Shown piece after piece: positions 1 through 8,082 of a stretch of DNA of 39,443 nt. The DNA comes from a virus. Lineage: Duplodnaviria > Caudoviricetes. The position numbers and the translations under genes are program-made. Where the stretch lies: IMG/VR virus record IMGVR_UViG_3300046060_000085, positions 1-39,443 of that record. One strand, 5' to 3'. Position 1 is the first letter of the stretch, and each line of letters starts with the position of its first letter. Under the pieces are notes generated by a model, which saw only the letters and a list, made by a program, of their open reading frames with translations, had not been told where the DNA came from and did not search any database.

Positions 1-1332
1 ATGCCCACCCCGACCGAGGAGATCGAGACGCTCCGCCAACGCCTCAAGTCCGGCGAGCGCACCGTCCAGTTCGACGCCGACCGCCGCCACCTCCGAAAGA
101 TGAGCGACAATATCCAGCTCGTCCCCTCGGAGATCGGCGACCACCGCCACCTCAAGATCCTCCGACACTGCGCCCGGATGGCCGCGCTCGCGCCCCCGCC
201 AAGCGTCGAGGACTTCCGGGAAAACGATGAAGCCGACCCCGCTGACGTCGCCACCGAGGAGGACGTCGAGGCCCTCCTCGAAGAGCACGGCCTCTTCGGG
301 CTCACCCTCGACTACCGGGCCGCGGCCGAGGCGGTCGTGCGCTGGATCCACCACCAGTACGACAACGAACACACGAATCAGGACTACCGGACCGCCCTGC
401 GGTCGTTCGGCCGCTACCGCCTCAAGCAGGACGAGCCCCCGGACTCGCTGGCCTGGATTCCGACCGGGACGAGCAACGACTTCAACCCCGTCCCGAGCGA
501 GCGCGACCTCCTCCGGTTCGAGGAGGACATCCAGCCGATGCTCGACGCCTGCCACAACCCCCGCGACCGCGCGCTCATCGCCGTCCAGTTCGAGGCTGGC
601 CTCCGCGGCGGGGAGCTGTGGAACCTGCGGGTCGGAGACATTTTCGACGCCGAGCACTCGGTCGGTATCCACTCGGACGGGAAGAAGGGCGAAAAGCCCG
701 TCCACCTCGTCATGAGCGTCCCGTACCTCCAGAAGTGGCTGAACGAACACCCCGCGGGCGGTGACGACCAGGCCTACCTCTGGACGAAGCTGAACTCGCC
801 CGAGCGACCCTCCCGGAAGACGTGGTACGGCTACTTCAAGGGCCCCGCGGAGCGCGCGGGCGTAACGAAGGACGTCGACCCGACGAACTTCCGGAAGTCC
901 AACACGCGCTGGCTGATCCTGCTCGGAATGAGCACGGCCCGCATCGAGGACCGCCAGGGACGCAAGCGGGGGAGTGAGCACACCGCCCGCTACATGGCGC
1001 GGTTCGGGGCCGAGAGCAACGAGAAGGCCTACGCGCGCCTCCACGGTATCGAGGTCGAGGGCCAGGAGGACGAGGTCGAGGTCGGGCCCGTCGAGTGTCC
1101 GCGGTGTCATCGCGAGACGCCCCGGCACGAGGATTTCTGCGTCTGGTGTAATCACGCCCTCAGCTTCGAGGCGACCGAGCAGATTGGCGCGGTCGAGGAC
1201 GAGGTCGCGGAGTCCATCGCAGACTCGGCGGATCCGAGCATCGAGGACCTCACGCCCGAGGACATGCTCGAGATGCGCGAGGCGATGGAGGAGCACCCCG
1301 CCCTCAAGCAGTTGTTCGCGTCGATGCTGTAG
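1..1332 (+). CDS. int: Tyrosine recombinase/integrase with C-terminal Zn ribbon (SNJ2-like haloarchaeal type)
   Basis: RDRALIAVQFEAGLRGGEL (Arg I), DGKKG (Lys), PTNFRKS (box II), HTARY (Tyr); CPRC...CVWC. Confidence 0.93.
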   Translation: MPTPTEEIETLRQRLKSGERTVQFDADRRHLRKMSDNIQLVPSEIGDHRHLKILRHCARMAALAPPPSVEDFRENDEADPADVATEEDVEALLEEHGLFGLTLDYRAAAEAVVRWIHHQYDNEHTNQDYRTALRSFGRYRLKQDEPPDSLAWIPTGTSNDFNPVPSERDLLRFEEDIQPMLDACHNPRDRALIAVQFEAGLRGGELWNLRVGDIFDAEHSVGIHSDGKKGEKPVHLVMSVPYLQKWLNEHPAGGDDQAYLWTKLNSPERPSRKTWYGYFKGPAERAGVTKDVDPTNFRKSNTRWLILLGMSTARIEDRQGRKRGSEHTARYMARFGAESNEKAYARLHGIEVEGQEDEVEVGPVECPRCHRETPRHEDFCVWCNHALSFEATEQIGAVEDEVAESIADSADPSIEDLTPEDMLEMREAMEEHPALKQLFASML

Positions 1333-1333
1333 C

Positions 1334-1639
1334 TCAGTCATCGCGATCACCGTCCTCGTCGTCGACGTAGTCGAGGACGCGCTGGGCGCGGTCGCTAAGC
1401 GAGACGTCAGCGCTGGCGACGCGCTCGATGAGGTCGCGATGTTCTTCGACGAGGTCTTCGGGGTCGTCAGTGTCCGGTACGTCTGTGTCGTTGGGGGAGA
1501 TGCTGGGGGCGTTACTCATCAAAAAATCACCGTCCTGGGGGGTTGGTTCTCGAACGATACCGCTCGCGAGCGACTGCGTGGAGTTTTCCGCGCGCTCGCC
1601 GGTCCCGTCGCAGCGGATGCAGTCGATCAACTCAGTCAT
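1334..1639 (-). CDS. Hypothetical acidic protein (~101 aa)
   Basis: ATG at 1639 overlaps the end of the upstream ORF; acidic; CIRC motif; an alternative start at MSNAP is possible. Confidence 0.6.
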   Translation of the reverse strand: MTELIDCIRCDGTGERAENSTQSLASGIVREPTPQDGDFLMSNAPSISPNDTDVPDTDDPEDLVEEHRDLIERVASADVSLSDRAQRVLDYVDDEDGDRDD

Positions 1640-1886
1640 CAGCCACTTCCTCGCGAGCCGTCGCTCGCGTCTCTTCGTCGACGCCACGCAGCGGATGGGG
1701 GTCGGCCGCACCCTCGAATTCGGCGTGATTCCGGATGCGAAGCTCTTGGAACGCGAGGTAGTGGACCGCCGACATCGGGCCGGACTGGTCGGCCATCAGC
1801 TGATAGCGGTAACTCCACGACGCCCGCGGCGGCCGCCAGACGTGCCGGGCCCGTTGAACGACCTCGGCGACCTTACTCAGCAGCAT
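1632..1886 (-). CDS. Hypothetical protein
   Basis: Overlaps neighbours on both sides in the operon. Confidence 0.55.
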   Translation of the reverse strand: MLLSKVAEVVQRARHVWRPPRASWSYRYQLMADQSGPMSAVHYLAFQELRIRNHAEFEGAADPHPLRGVDEETRATAREEVADD

Positions 1887-2289
1887 CGGCCACCTCCTCG
1901 ACGACGGCGAAGTCGTCGAACTCGTCGCCGCAAAGCCCGCACTCGAAGCCGCCGTCGCGGAGGTTCGCGAAGCCCTCGAAGTGACAGCACGGGCTGACGC
2001 GGCCGCCCGCCTGCCGGGGTGAAGAGAACCGCTGGATGGCGTCGTGAACTGCTGGTCGAAGCCGCCAGCGGTGGGCTTCGGCGTCCTCGTCGTATTCGAC
2101 CTGTTCGAACAATTCGTTCTCCCGGAACCGGTCGAACATCTCGCGGGTTTCCGGCGGGAGGTCGCGCTGGAGGAACGTCTCCTCGGGACCGGGGATCAGT
2201 TGCACTCGGCGGAGATACGAGCAGACGAGCTGGGTGGTCGACCGGTGAAGGCCGGAGACCTTCGGCGAGTTGTCGGGGTCGGTGCTCAC
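1873..2289 (-). CDS. Hypothetical protein with C-terminal Zn finger
   Basis: PCCH...CGLC; GTGA overlap with upstream gene. Confidence 0.7.
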   Translation of the reverse strand: MSTDPDNSPKVSGLHRSTTQLVCSYLRRVQLIPGPEETFLQRDLPPETREMFDRFRENELFEQVEYDEDAEAHRWRLRPAVHDAIQRFSSPRQAGGRVSPCCHFEGFANLRDGGFECGLCGDEFDDFAVVEEVADAAE

Positions 2290-2642
2290 ACGGACCCCTC
2301 CTGTTCGTATCCAGTGTCCGGAACGAGGATGTCCGCGTCCGCGCCGGAGCGGTAGATGCAGGTCGCGCTCTTCGGGAGCCAGCAGCCACGCCGACCTTGG
2401 CGGGCGTAGTAGGCCGCGCCCGTTTCGCGGTCGGCGACGAACTCGGCGATGAACACGCAGTCCGTGTCGTCCTCCGAGTCGAGCACCTTCTCCTCGGCGA
2501 GCGGCCGGGGGAGATAGAGGACGTCCACGTCGGCGGCGGCGGTTCGGTCGAGTGCCCGAGCAATGGCGTTGGCGGCCGCCAGCCCGAGGTGGTCGTCGCT
2601 GACGAGGTCGTGATAGGTCTCGACGGGAATGACTTCAGGCAT
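2286..2642 (-). CDS. Hypothetical protein
   Basis: Acidic, coupled to neighbours. Confidence 0.7.
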   Translation of the reverse strand: MPEVIPVETYHDLVSDDHLGLAAANAIARALDRTAAADVDVLYLPRPLAEEKVLDSEDDTDCVFIAEFVADRETGAAYYARQGRRGCWLPKSATCIYRSGADADILVPDTGYEQEGSV

Positions 2643-2832
2643 TGTTCATCCTCGTAGTGGTCTCGCGATTGCAATTCTGGCAGGTGCTGACGCGGTACGG
2701 TTCGCGGGAGAACTCCGCGTTCTCGTTGTGTTCGCTCTCGGTCCGCATCTCGACCGACACCTCGTGGGGTGTCCGGCGGTCGCAGTCCTCGCAGTCCTCG
2801 CGAAGCTCGTCGGTCCAGTTCACCGCCGACAT
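2635..2832 (-). CDS. Small haloarchaeal Zn-ribbon protein (65 aa)
   Basis: MSAVNWTDELREDCEDC...SREPYRVSTCQNC; TGATG coupling at 2832; true start lies inside the longer ORF-track call. Confidence 0.8.
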   Translation of the reverse strand: MSAVNWTDELREDCEDCDRRTPHEVSVEMRTESEHNENAEFSREPYRVSTCQNCNRETTTRMNNA

Positions 2833-3662
2833 CAGGCGGTCACCTCCTCCGACCGAGCATCCTTCACGACCTTGGGTAGCTCGGGGTACTCGCGGATTTT
2901 GCGAGCCTCGGTGACGCCGGGCTCGACCTCGACCGAGAGGTCGACCCCACGCTCGGGGTAGCGCGCGCTCGACTGCTTGAAGTGGAACGCGACGTCCGCC
3001 TCGCGGCACTGCCGGCGGAGGTCGTCCGCCCAGCGGTGATCCATCTCGCGGCGTTGCGCCTTCGGCCCGGTCTCGCCGCCGACCACTGCCCAGTCGATGC
3101 CCGAGAGGTCCACGTCGCCGATCGGCTCGATGAGGGGCTCGAACGACACCCAGCGCGTCGCGACGTCGGCCTCGCGGAGCTGGTCGATTCGATGCGTCGT
3201 ATCTGGGAACTGGCCGCCGGGCCCACTGCCGACGGAGGTGCCCAGCCAGACGTTCTCGGGGAAGTCGAGGTCCCACTCGGCCGCGTTCTGCGGGCGCTTG
3301 GTGAGCGAGATGAACACCTGTTCGGGATGCTCGCCGCAGACGTCGAGGACGCGCTGGGCGAAGTCGGGGCCGACCTCGCGGTGGTAGAGGTCGCCCATCG
3401 ACACGACGAACACGCGACCGGGCCCTTTCGGGTAGGTGTAGCTCGCGGGCTCGTCAAGGCGGTCGCCGTGGCAGGTGACCACGCTCGGGGCGTTCTCTTG
3501 GATCCACTCCTCGCCGGTGACGTGCTCGGGTGGCTCGTCGCGGGCGGATTGGCGGAGTTCCATGGTTTCCGCCCAGCAGTTCCAGCACTCCGGGCCAGCA
3601 TGCGAACAGCCGGTGACGGGGTTCCAGGTGTAGTCAGCCCAGCTGATGTTCGTCGTCTGCAT
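2832..3662 (-). CDS. Phage Gp37/Gp68 (DUF5131) family, three-Cys radical-SAM-like protein
   Basis: TWNPVTGCSHAGPECWNCWAE, VFVVSMGDL, LTKRP, WLGTSV, SFEPL, WAVVGGETG, FHFKQ. Confidence 0.92.
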   Translation of the reverse strand: MQTTNISWADYTWNPVTGCSHAGPECWNCWAETMELRQSARDEPPEHVTGEEWIQENAPSVVTCHGDRLDEPASYTYPKGPGRVFVVSMGDLYHREVGPDFAQRVLDVCGEHPEQVFISLTKRPQNAAEWDLDFPENVWLGTSVGSGPGGQFPDTTHRIDQLREADVATRWVSFEPLIEPIGDVDLSGIDWAVVGGETGPKAQRREMDHRWADDLRRQCREADVAFHFKQSSARYPERGVDLSVEVEPGVTEARKIREYPELPKVVKDARSEEVTA

Positions 3663-3922
3663 CAGCTCGACACCTCCTCGTCGCGATCAGTATCCGTGTC
3701 TACTGAACGCCCGAACTCTTCTTGCGACATGGACGTTTTCAACTCTAACCCGACCGAGTCAGTGAACGCCCACCTGAAGACTTCGATGGTGTTATCGTCG
3801 TTATCAACCCGTTCTAACGTCGCTTCTGCCGGGCCTGTTCCAACGACGATGTATTCGTTACCGTCGAATTTCACCCGGTCGTCCAACTCCAAATCGTCGG
3901 GCCATACACGGGTATCGCTCAT
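3662..3922 (-). CDS. Hypothetical protein (lower GC)
   Basis: Acidic 86 aa, coupled at both ends. Confidence 0.7.
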   Translation of the reverse strand: MSDTRVWPDDLELDDRVKFDGNEYIVVGTGPAEATLERVDNDDNTIEVFRWAFTDSVGLELKTSMSQEEFGRSVDTDTDRDEEVSS

Positions 3923-4383
3923 GCGTCGACCACCTCGTCAATGCAGCTGGGACAGAGACGGTCAAACTCCCCCGTTCGGTCGAGGAGACGCCGACCGTCT
4001 TCGTCCTCGCACCTGTCGCACGCGGGGTCTTCGTCGGTCGCAGGACGATAGTGGCCTCCGCAGTCGTGGCACGGGCCGAACGGCTGAGAGGATACGATCT
4101 TTTTGCAGCCTGTGCAAATCCAGCCGTACCCTCGCTCGCGGTTAGTCCCGGTCGTCGACTGACCACCGTCGGTCACCAGTCCGTCGCCGAACTGGCTGTC
4201 GGCGTGGTAGCGGACCTCGACGTCGTCGCCGAACCGGACGTCCCACTCGACTGGATTGTCGGCGTCGACGACGTCGAGCGGATTACTCCACTCGTAGGTC
4301 TCGATGGCGAGTTCGACTGCGTCGCCCGGCGAAATCGCGGCGACGGTCTCGCGGCTGATCGGCGCGACTCCCTGCACGCTCAC
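3919..4383 (-). CDS. Hypothetical protein with Cys-rich C-terminal half
   Basis: CTGC, CHDC, CDRC, CPSC after an LVTDGG linker. Confidence 0.7.
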   Translation of the reverse strand: MSVQGVAPISRETVAAISPGDAVELAIETYEWSNPLDVVDADNPVEWDVRFGDDVEVRYHADSQFGDGLVTDGGQSTTGTNRERGYGWICTGCKKIVSSQPFGPCHDCGGHYRPATDEDPACDRCEDEDGRRLLDRTGEFDRLCPSCIDEVVDA

Positions 4384-4691
4384 GTCGCTCCCTCCGTTGC
4401 GAACGCGTCGAAGTCGCTCGGCGGTTCCTGGAGACCGAAGCTGCCCGTGATCTCGACGCGGGCCGCGGAATGTTCGATGGTGTGGAGTTCGAACCCGGAG
4501 AGGCTGACGCGGTCATGGGTCGCGGGCTTGATAGCCGCCTCGAGTGCGGTACGGAGGTCGTCGTCGACGTCGTCGCTGCGGCGGTAGCGCTGGGTCTCGC
4601 CGTACTCGCAGTCGGCCGCGTCGAGGAGTTCCTGAACGCGCTCGTCACCCGACGGGAGGTCGAAGACGATTTCGGGCCCGTAGGTGGACAC
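4380..4691 (-). CDS. Hypothetical protein
   Basis: Acidic, coupled, GTG start. Confidence 0.65.
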   Translation of the reverse strand: MSTYGPEIVFDLPSGDERVQELLDAADCEYGETQRYRRSDDVDDDLRTALEAAIKPATHDRVSLSGFELHTIEHSAARVEITGSFGLQEPPSDFDAFATEGAT

Positions 4692-4693
4692 GC

Positions 4694-5110
4694 TTACTCA
4701 CCTCCGTTACCCTGGAGTTTGCCTTTGAACGAGTTCATGAGGCGCTGGAGTTGCTCGGCGATGAGCTGGACGCCGTCGTTGGTCAGCTCGTAGTGGTTGG
4801 TGCGCTTGTCGAGTTCGCTCTTCTCGACGAGGCCGTGCTCGACGAGGGTGTCGAGGTTGGGGTAGAGGCGGCCGTGGTTGACCTCCTCGCCGAGCCATTC
4901 GTCGGTTTCGAGGATGTCCTTGATGGCGAGTCCCATCGCGCCCGCGGGGGCGCGGCCGTCGTACCGGCCGCGCTGGCAACCGCGCAGAACGAACAGGATG
5001 TTCGTCTGGAACGCGGTGAGGTCGGTATCCGAGACGGCCTCGCTGGCGTTCTCGAACTCGAAGCCCGAGTCGTCGGACTCCGTTTCGGCGTCGGCCTGTG
5101 CGGCGGTCAT
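4694..5110 (-). CDS. PadR-family wHTH transcriptional regulator
   Basis: DLTAFQTNIL...GLAIKDILE...EVNHGRLYPNLDTLVEHGLVEKSELDKRTNHYELT; ATG at 5110 overlaps the upstream stop. Confidence 0.88.
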   Translation of the reverse strand: MTAAQADAETESDDSGFEFENASEAVSDTDLTAFQTNILFVLRGCQRGRYDGRAPAGAMGLAIKDILETDEWLGEEVNHGRLYPNLDTLVEHGLVEKSELDKRTNHYELTNDGVQLIAEQLQRLMNSFKGKLQGNGGE

Positions 5111-5499
5111 CGCGACCCTCCCATCGAGACCGTGCGGCCGCAGGTCGTGCAACGCTCTTCGATCACGGCCTTCCCGCGAGCGTCGGTCCGGCCGTAGCGT
5201 CGGGTCCGTGGGTGCGAGCACCAGATGCCGACGTAGCCGCCGTCGGCGACGATTTGGTCGCCGCGGTCGATGGACTGGGTGCCAGCAGGGTTATCCGGAC
5301 TGGATGAGAACTGTTCGATTGGACGGGACTCCTGGGGTGAATGTTCTCCCGTCTGTGCATCCGCGATGGCACGCGGGTGCGTTTTCTGAGAGGCCCCCGC
5401 TAGGGAGTCGTTACTGGTTCGGTCGCCAGCGCGGCGACGGGTTGCTTCCGCTGTTCGATGGGCCTTATTCTTAAGACCCCTGATAGTGTCGTTCGACAT
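5107..5499 (-). CDS. Hypothetical protein, first gene of leftward operon 1
   Basis: Preceded by GGGAG and a structured leader; IVADGG motif; CSH...CTTC. Confidence 0.65.
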   Translation of the reverse strand: MSNDTIRGLKNKAHRTAEATRRRAGDRTSNDSLAGASQKTHPRAIADAQTGEHSPQESRPIEQFSSSPDNPAGTQSIDRGDQIVADGGYVGIWCSHPRTRRYGRTDARGKAVIEERCTTCGRTVSMGGSR

Positions 5500-5597
5500 G
5501 GCTTCTAAACTCCCTTGGTGGGATTGGAAGCCAAGTCCGACGTGCTTGTGACACGTCGGGCACCTTTTGACGGCACCCGAGAGGACTTGCTTCCAAT
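5498..5597. ncRNA. Structured 5' leader of operon 1 with a putative cis-antisense sRNA (+, ~5498-5568)
   Basis: Inverted repeats 5499-5508/5524-5533, 5523-5538/5583-5597, 5537-44/5552-59, 5556-64/5572-80. Confidence 0.55.
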
Positions 5598-5614
5598 TGG
5601 ACCCTTTTACTACA

Positions 5615-5692
5615 GGCCTATAATGTTACCGGTGGTAGCACCCACAGTGGAGGATGCCGATAGCCCTATTTGGGATGCTACCAACAGTATCA
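5615..5692. promoter_or_regulatory. Divergent promoter region with two palindromic operators
   Basis: Minus-strand TATA (ATTATAG, ~5618-5624); TGTTACC-N3-GGTAGCA at 5624-5640; TGCTACC-N3-AGTATCA at 5676-5692. Confidence 0.6.
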
Positions 5693-5695
5693 TGT

Positions 5696-6004
5696 ATGAC
5701 CCGCTTTTCGGATAGGATGATGCTGCTGCAGCTCCCGACGGACCAGTTGATTCTCGAGGAGCTGCAGGACGGTCGGAATCTCGGTGCGAACATCGCAGAG
5801 GAGATCGACCGACATCGAAAGACGGTGACTAAGCGCCTGAACCAACTCGAAGACTACGAGCTCGTTGAGAACATCGGCAGGGGAGTCTACGAAATCACCC
5901 TGCGCGGCGAAATTGCTCTTGAGCATATCGACGAGTACGACAGAGACACGACAGAGTTGGAAGAGCTCATCGAAGAGGAGTACGAACAGCGGAGTCAAGA
6001 CTGA
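5696..6004 (+). CDS. Winged-HTH repressor
   Basis: TDQLILEELQDGRNLGANIAEEIDRHRKTVTKRLNQLEDYELVENIGRGVYEIT; start at 5696 or 5717. Confidence 0.85.
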   Translation: MTRFSDRMMLLQLPTDQLILEELQDGRNLGANIAEEIDRHRKTVTKRLNQLEDYELVENIGRGVYEITLRGEIALEHIDEYDRDTTELEELIEEEYEQRSQD

Positions 6005-6058
6005 CCCACTGCGAGCGAACTCGCCCCGGTCGAAGACTCGGACTGACACCATTCTCGT

Positions 6059-6307
6059 CTATGCCCGCTGGAGTCTCGCGACGATGTCGTCCATCCAGTC
6101 CGGGACCTCGACGTCCGCCAGTTCGCCGTCGGCATTCCACGTCGTGACCACGGTGATGTTCCCTGCCCGTGTGATGTTGAGCCGCCACTTCGGCCCGTCC
6201 TCGGCGCTGATGTCGACGCGCGTGCCGCCGTTGGCGAGCGGTTTGATGGGCTTTACGGCCACCTCGGTGCCATCGTAGGCTTCGAGTTTTCGCATGCTCT
6301 CAGGCAT
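6059..6307 (-). CDS. Small protein downstream of cdc6; candidate antirepressor (SNJ2 Orf7-like position)
   Basis: Own TATA (TTTATAA) at 6335-6341; function inferred from position only. Confidence 0.65.
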   Translation of the reverse strand: MPESMRKLEAYDGTEVAVKPIKPLANGGTRVDISAEDGPKWRLNITRAGNITVVTTWNADGELADVEVPDWMDDIVARLQRA

Positions 6308-6334
6308 ACAGGTCAGCCAAGGAACCGCTACCTC

Positions 6335-7405
6335 TTATAAAGAGGTTGTATTTCCGGCATCCACGTCGTCGAGATCGAGCAGTGGCTCCACCGACGCATC
6401 GACCACCCGATACACGCGATTCTGCGGGTCCCCCTCGAACTCGATCAGCTCGTACTCCGTGAGCTTCGCCAGTTTGTTCCGCCGCGCCCGCCGGCCAATC
6501 GGCATCCGCTCCCTGCCCAAGTAGATGTCCTCACGAACATCGTACCGGTCATGCAACTCGCCAGCAGGGAGTTCACCAGCCTCGTGCAGGAGCCCATAGA
6601 GGACGTGGTGGTGGATGGTGAGCGAGTACAGGTTCGACTGGCGAATCCGATGCTGGGCGCGCTCGTAGGCGTCGTCGATGTCGCCGTCCCGGATGCGAGC
6701 GTGGTCGCGGTCGAACGCGATCTCGGCGGCCGAGCGAAGGACCTGGATCCCCGAGCGGGCGACGCCCGCCACTTCGTCAGCAATCGCCCGCAGTTGGTCG
6801 TTGGTGACCGTGTTCGGTCGGAGGCCGACGTTCGCGCGAGCGCGAAGAATCGACGAGAGTTCATCGACGCGGTAGCGCCCGAGCCGGATGGGGCCCGAGA
6901 CGCGTCGGCGAACCGTCTCGGGGGCGCGAGCCAGCCAGCGCTGTGGGTCGTGGACAACGGCGACGAACGAGACGTGGGAGAGGTCCGAGAGGACGTCGAG
7001 GAGATCGGTTTCGGGGAGCGAGTCAGCCTCGTCGAGAACGAGAAGATAGGGCTGGTCGATGGTCTCGCGGAGGCTGGTGCGGAGGTCATCGATGGATGCG
7101 TCGCTGGGGGTGGTGTGCTGGCTGGGGTAGTCCTTGAGGGCGGTCTGGAGTACGTCGGCGGTGGTTTCGCCGAGGCAGGGGATGTGGGTGTGGGCGACGG
7201 TGGCGAACTGGTCGAGTTTGCCGAGGGTGTGGCGGGCGAGGGCGGTCTTGCCGACGCCGCTGGGGCCAGCGAGGAGGACGTCGTCGGCGGGCTGGCTGGC
7301 GAGCGCGGGGTCGAGTGTGCGCGAGAGCGCTTCGACTTCGCCTTCGCGGTGCTTGAGTTCCCGCGGGAGGTGGTCGTCCCGGAATACTTGGGGATTTGTT
7401 ATCAT
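6335..7405 (-). CDS. cdc6: Orc1/Cdc6-family AAA+ protein (provirus type)
   Basis: LPRELKHREGE, Walker A GPSGVGKT, Walker B LLVLDEAD, C-terminal wHTH. Confidence 0.93.
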   Translation of the reverse strand: MITNPQVFRDDHLPRELKHREGEVEALSRTLDPALASQPADDVLLAGPSGVGKTALARHTLGKLDQFATVAHTHIPCLGETTADVLQTALKDYPSQHTTPSDASIDDLRTSLRETIDQPYLLVLDEADSLPETDLLDVLSDLSHVSFVAVVHDPQRWLARAPETVRRRVSGPIRLGRYRVDELSSILRARANVGLRPNTVTNDQLRAIADEVAGVARSGIQVLRSAAEIAFDRDHARIRDGDIDDAYERAQHRIRQSNLYSLTIHHHVLYGLLHEAGELPAGELHDRYDVREDIYLGRERMPIGRRARRNKLAKLTEYELIEFEGDPQNRVYRVVDASVEPLLDLDDVDAGNTTSL

Positions 7406-7429
7406 TCACCCCGAAGTGATGGATGCTGG

Positions 7430-7457
7430 GTTTATAAATAATTGCGGCAATTCCGGC
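7430..7457 (-). promoter_or_regulatory. cdc6 promoter
   Basis: TTTATAAA about 25 nt upstream of the ATG, preceded by GCCGGAATTGC. Confidence 0.65.
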
Positions 7458-7525
7458 GGTCGAATCAGCTAACTCAAAGACCGACTTTTATACACGTCTA
7501 ACGGATAGTAACTATAGTCAGGGGG

Positions 7526-7951
7526 TTAGGCGTCAGTTACCTGCCGACGATGGACACCAGCGAGTGGGCACGCCTCGTCGTGGACGATTTCGAAGAGATC
7601 CTCGTCGGCGTTCCCACAGGTGCAGACGAACCCGAGGACCTCGCCCTCGCAAAGCCCGCCCCGGCCTTCGGTTTCAGCACTCTCGATGAGGAAGAACTCG
7701 GTGTCCGGTCGGAGTTCGGGCGACGGGTCGTCTGGATCCGGTTCGAGGCCGTCGTAGTGCTGGCGGCCGTGCTCGCCGGCGAGCGAGCAGTCCTCGGCGT
7801 GCCAGATCTGCTCGCGCGTCTCATCGGTCTGCCGGCACTCCGAGCAGAGGTATCCGACGACCTCGCCCGCATAGTAGTCCGGCGGATGTGACTCCGTCAC
7901 GACGAGCCGTTGGATTTGGGTGCTGTCGAGATCCTCACGCCGCACCTTCAT
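7526..7951 (-). CDS. Hypothetical protein with duplicated Zn-binding repeat
   Basis: GEVVGYLCSEC...IWHAEDCSLAGEH and GEVLGFVCTC...IVHDEACPLAGVH. Confidence 0.75.
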   Translation of the reverse strand: MKVRREDLDSTQIQRLVVTESHPPDYYAGEVVGYLCSECRQTDETREQIWHAEDCSLAGEHGRQHYDGLEPDPDDPSPELRPDTEFFLIESAETEGRGGLCEGEVLGFVCTCGNADEDLFEIVHDEACPLAGVHRRQVTDA

Positions 7952-8082
7952 CGCTCGGCCCTCTCCGTCCAGCCCGCGGCCTCGTGTCGGCCGCGCAAGT
8001 GCTCGATGACGTCGAGGCCCTCGCCGGTCGCGTACGCGATGTCGAGCCGGATTTCGTCCGGGTCGCGGTTCCAGCGACTCAT
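7948..8082 (-). CDS. Small protein (44 aa), not in ORF track
   Basis: MSRWNRDPDEIRLDIAYATGEGLDVIEHLRGRHEAAGWTERAER; ATGA overlaps at both ends. Confidence 0.65.
   Translation of the reverse strand: MSRWNRDPDEIRLDIAYATGEGLDVIEHLRGRHEAAGWTERAER

Noticed and set aside
5498-5551. 17-aa + strand peptide MASKLPWWDWKPSPTCL
   Set aside because: It lies at the start of the putative antisense RNA, but its sequence is explained by the hairpins and there is no independent coding evidence
5523-5597. Cloverleaf-like fold as a tRNA or att site
   Set aside because: No TTCRA T-loop, D-loop or proper acceptor end; treated as a structured leader instead
7406-7525. Replication origin next to cdc6
   Set aside because: No ORB repeats with G-strings or extended AT-rich unwinding element seen
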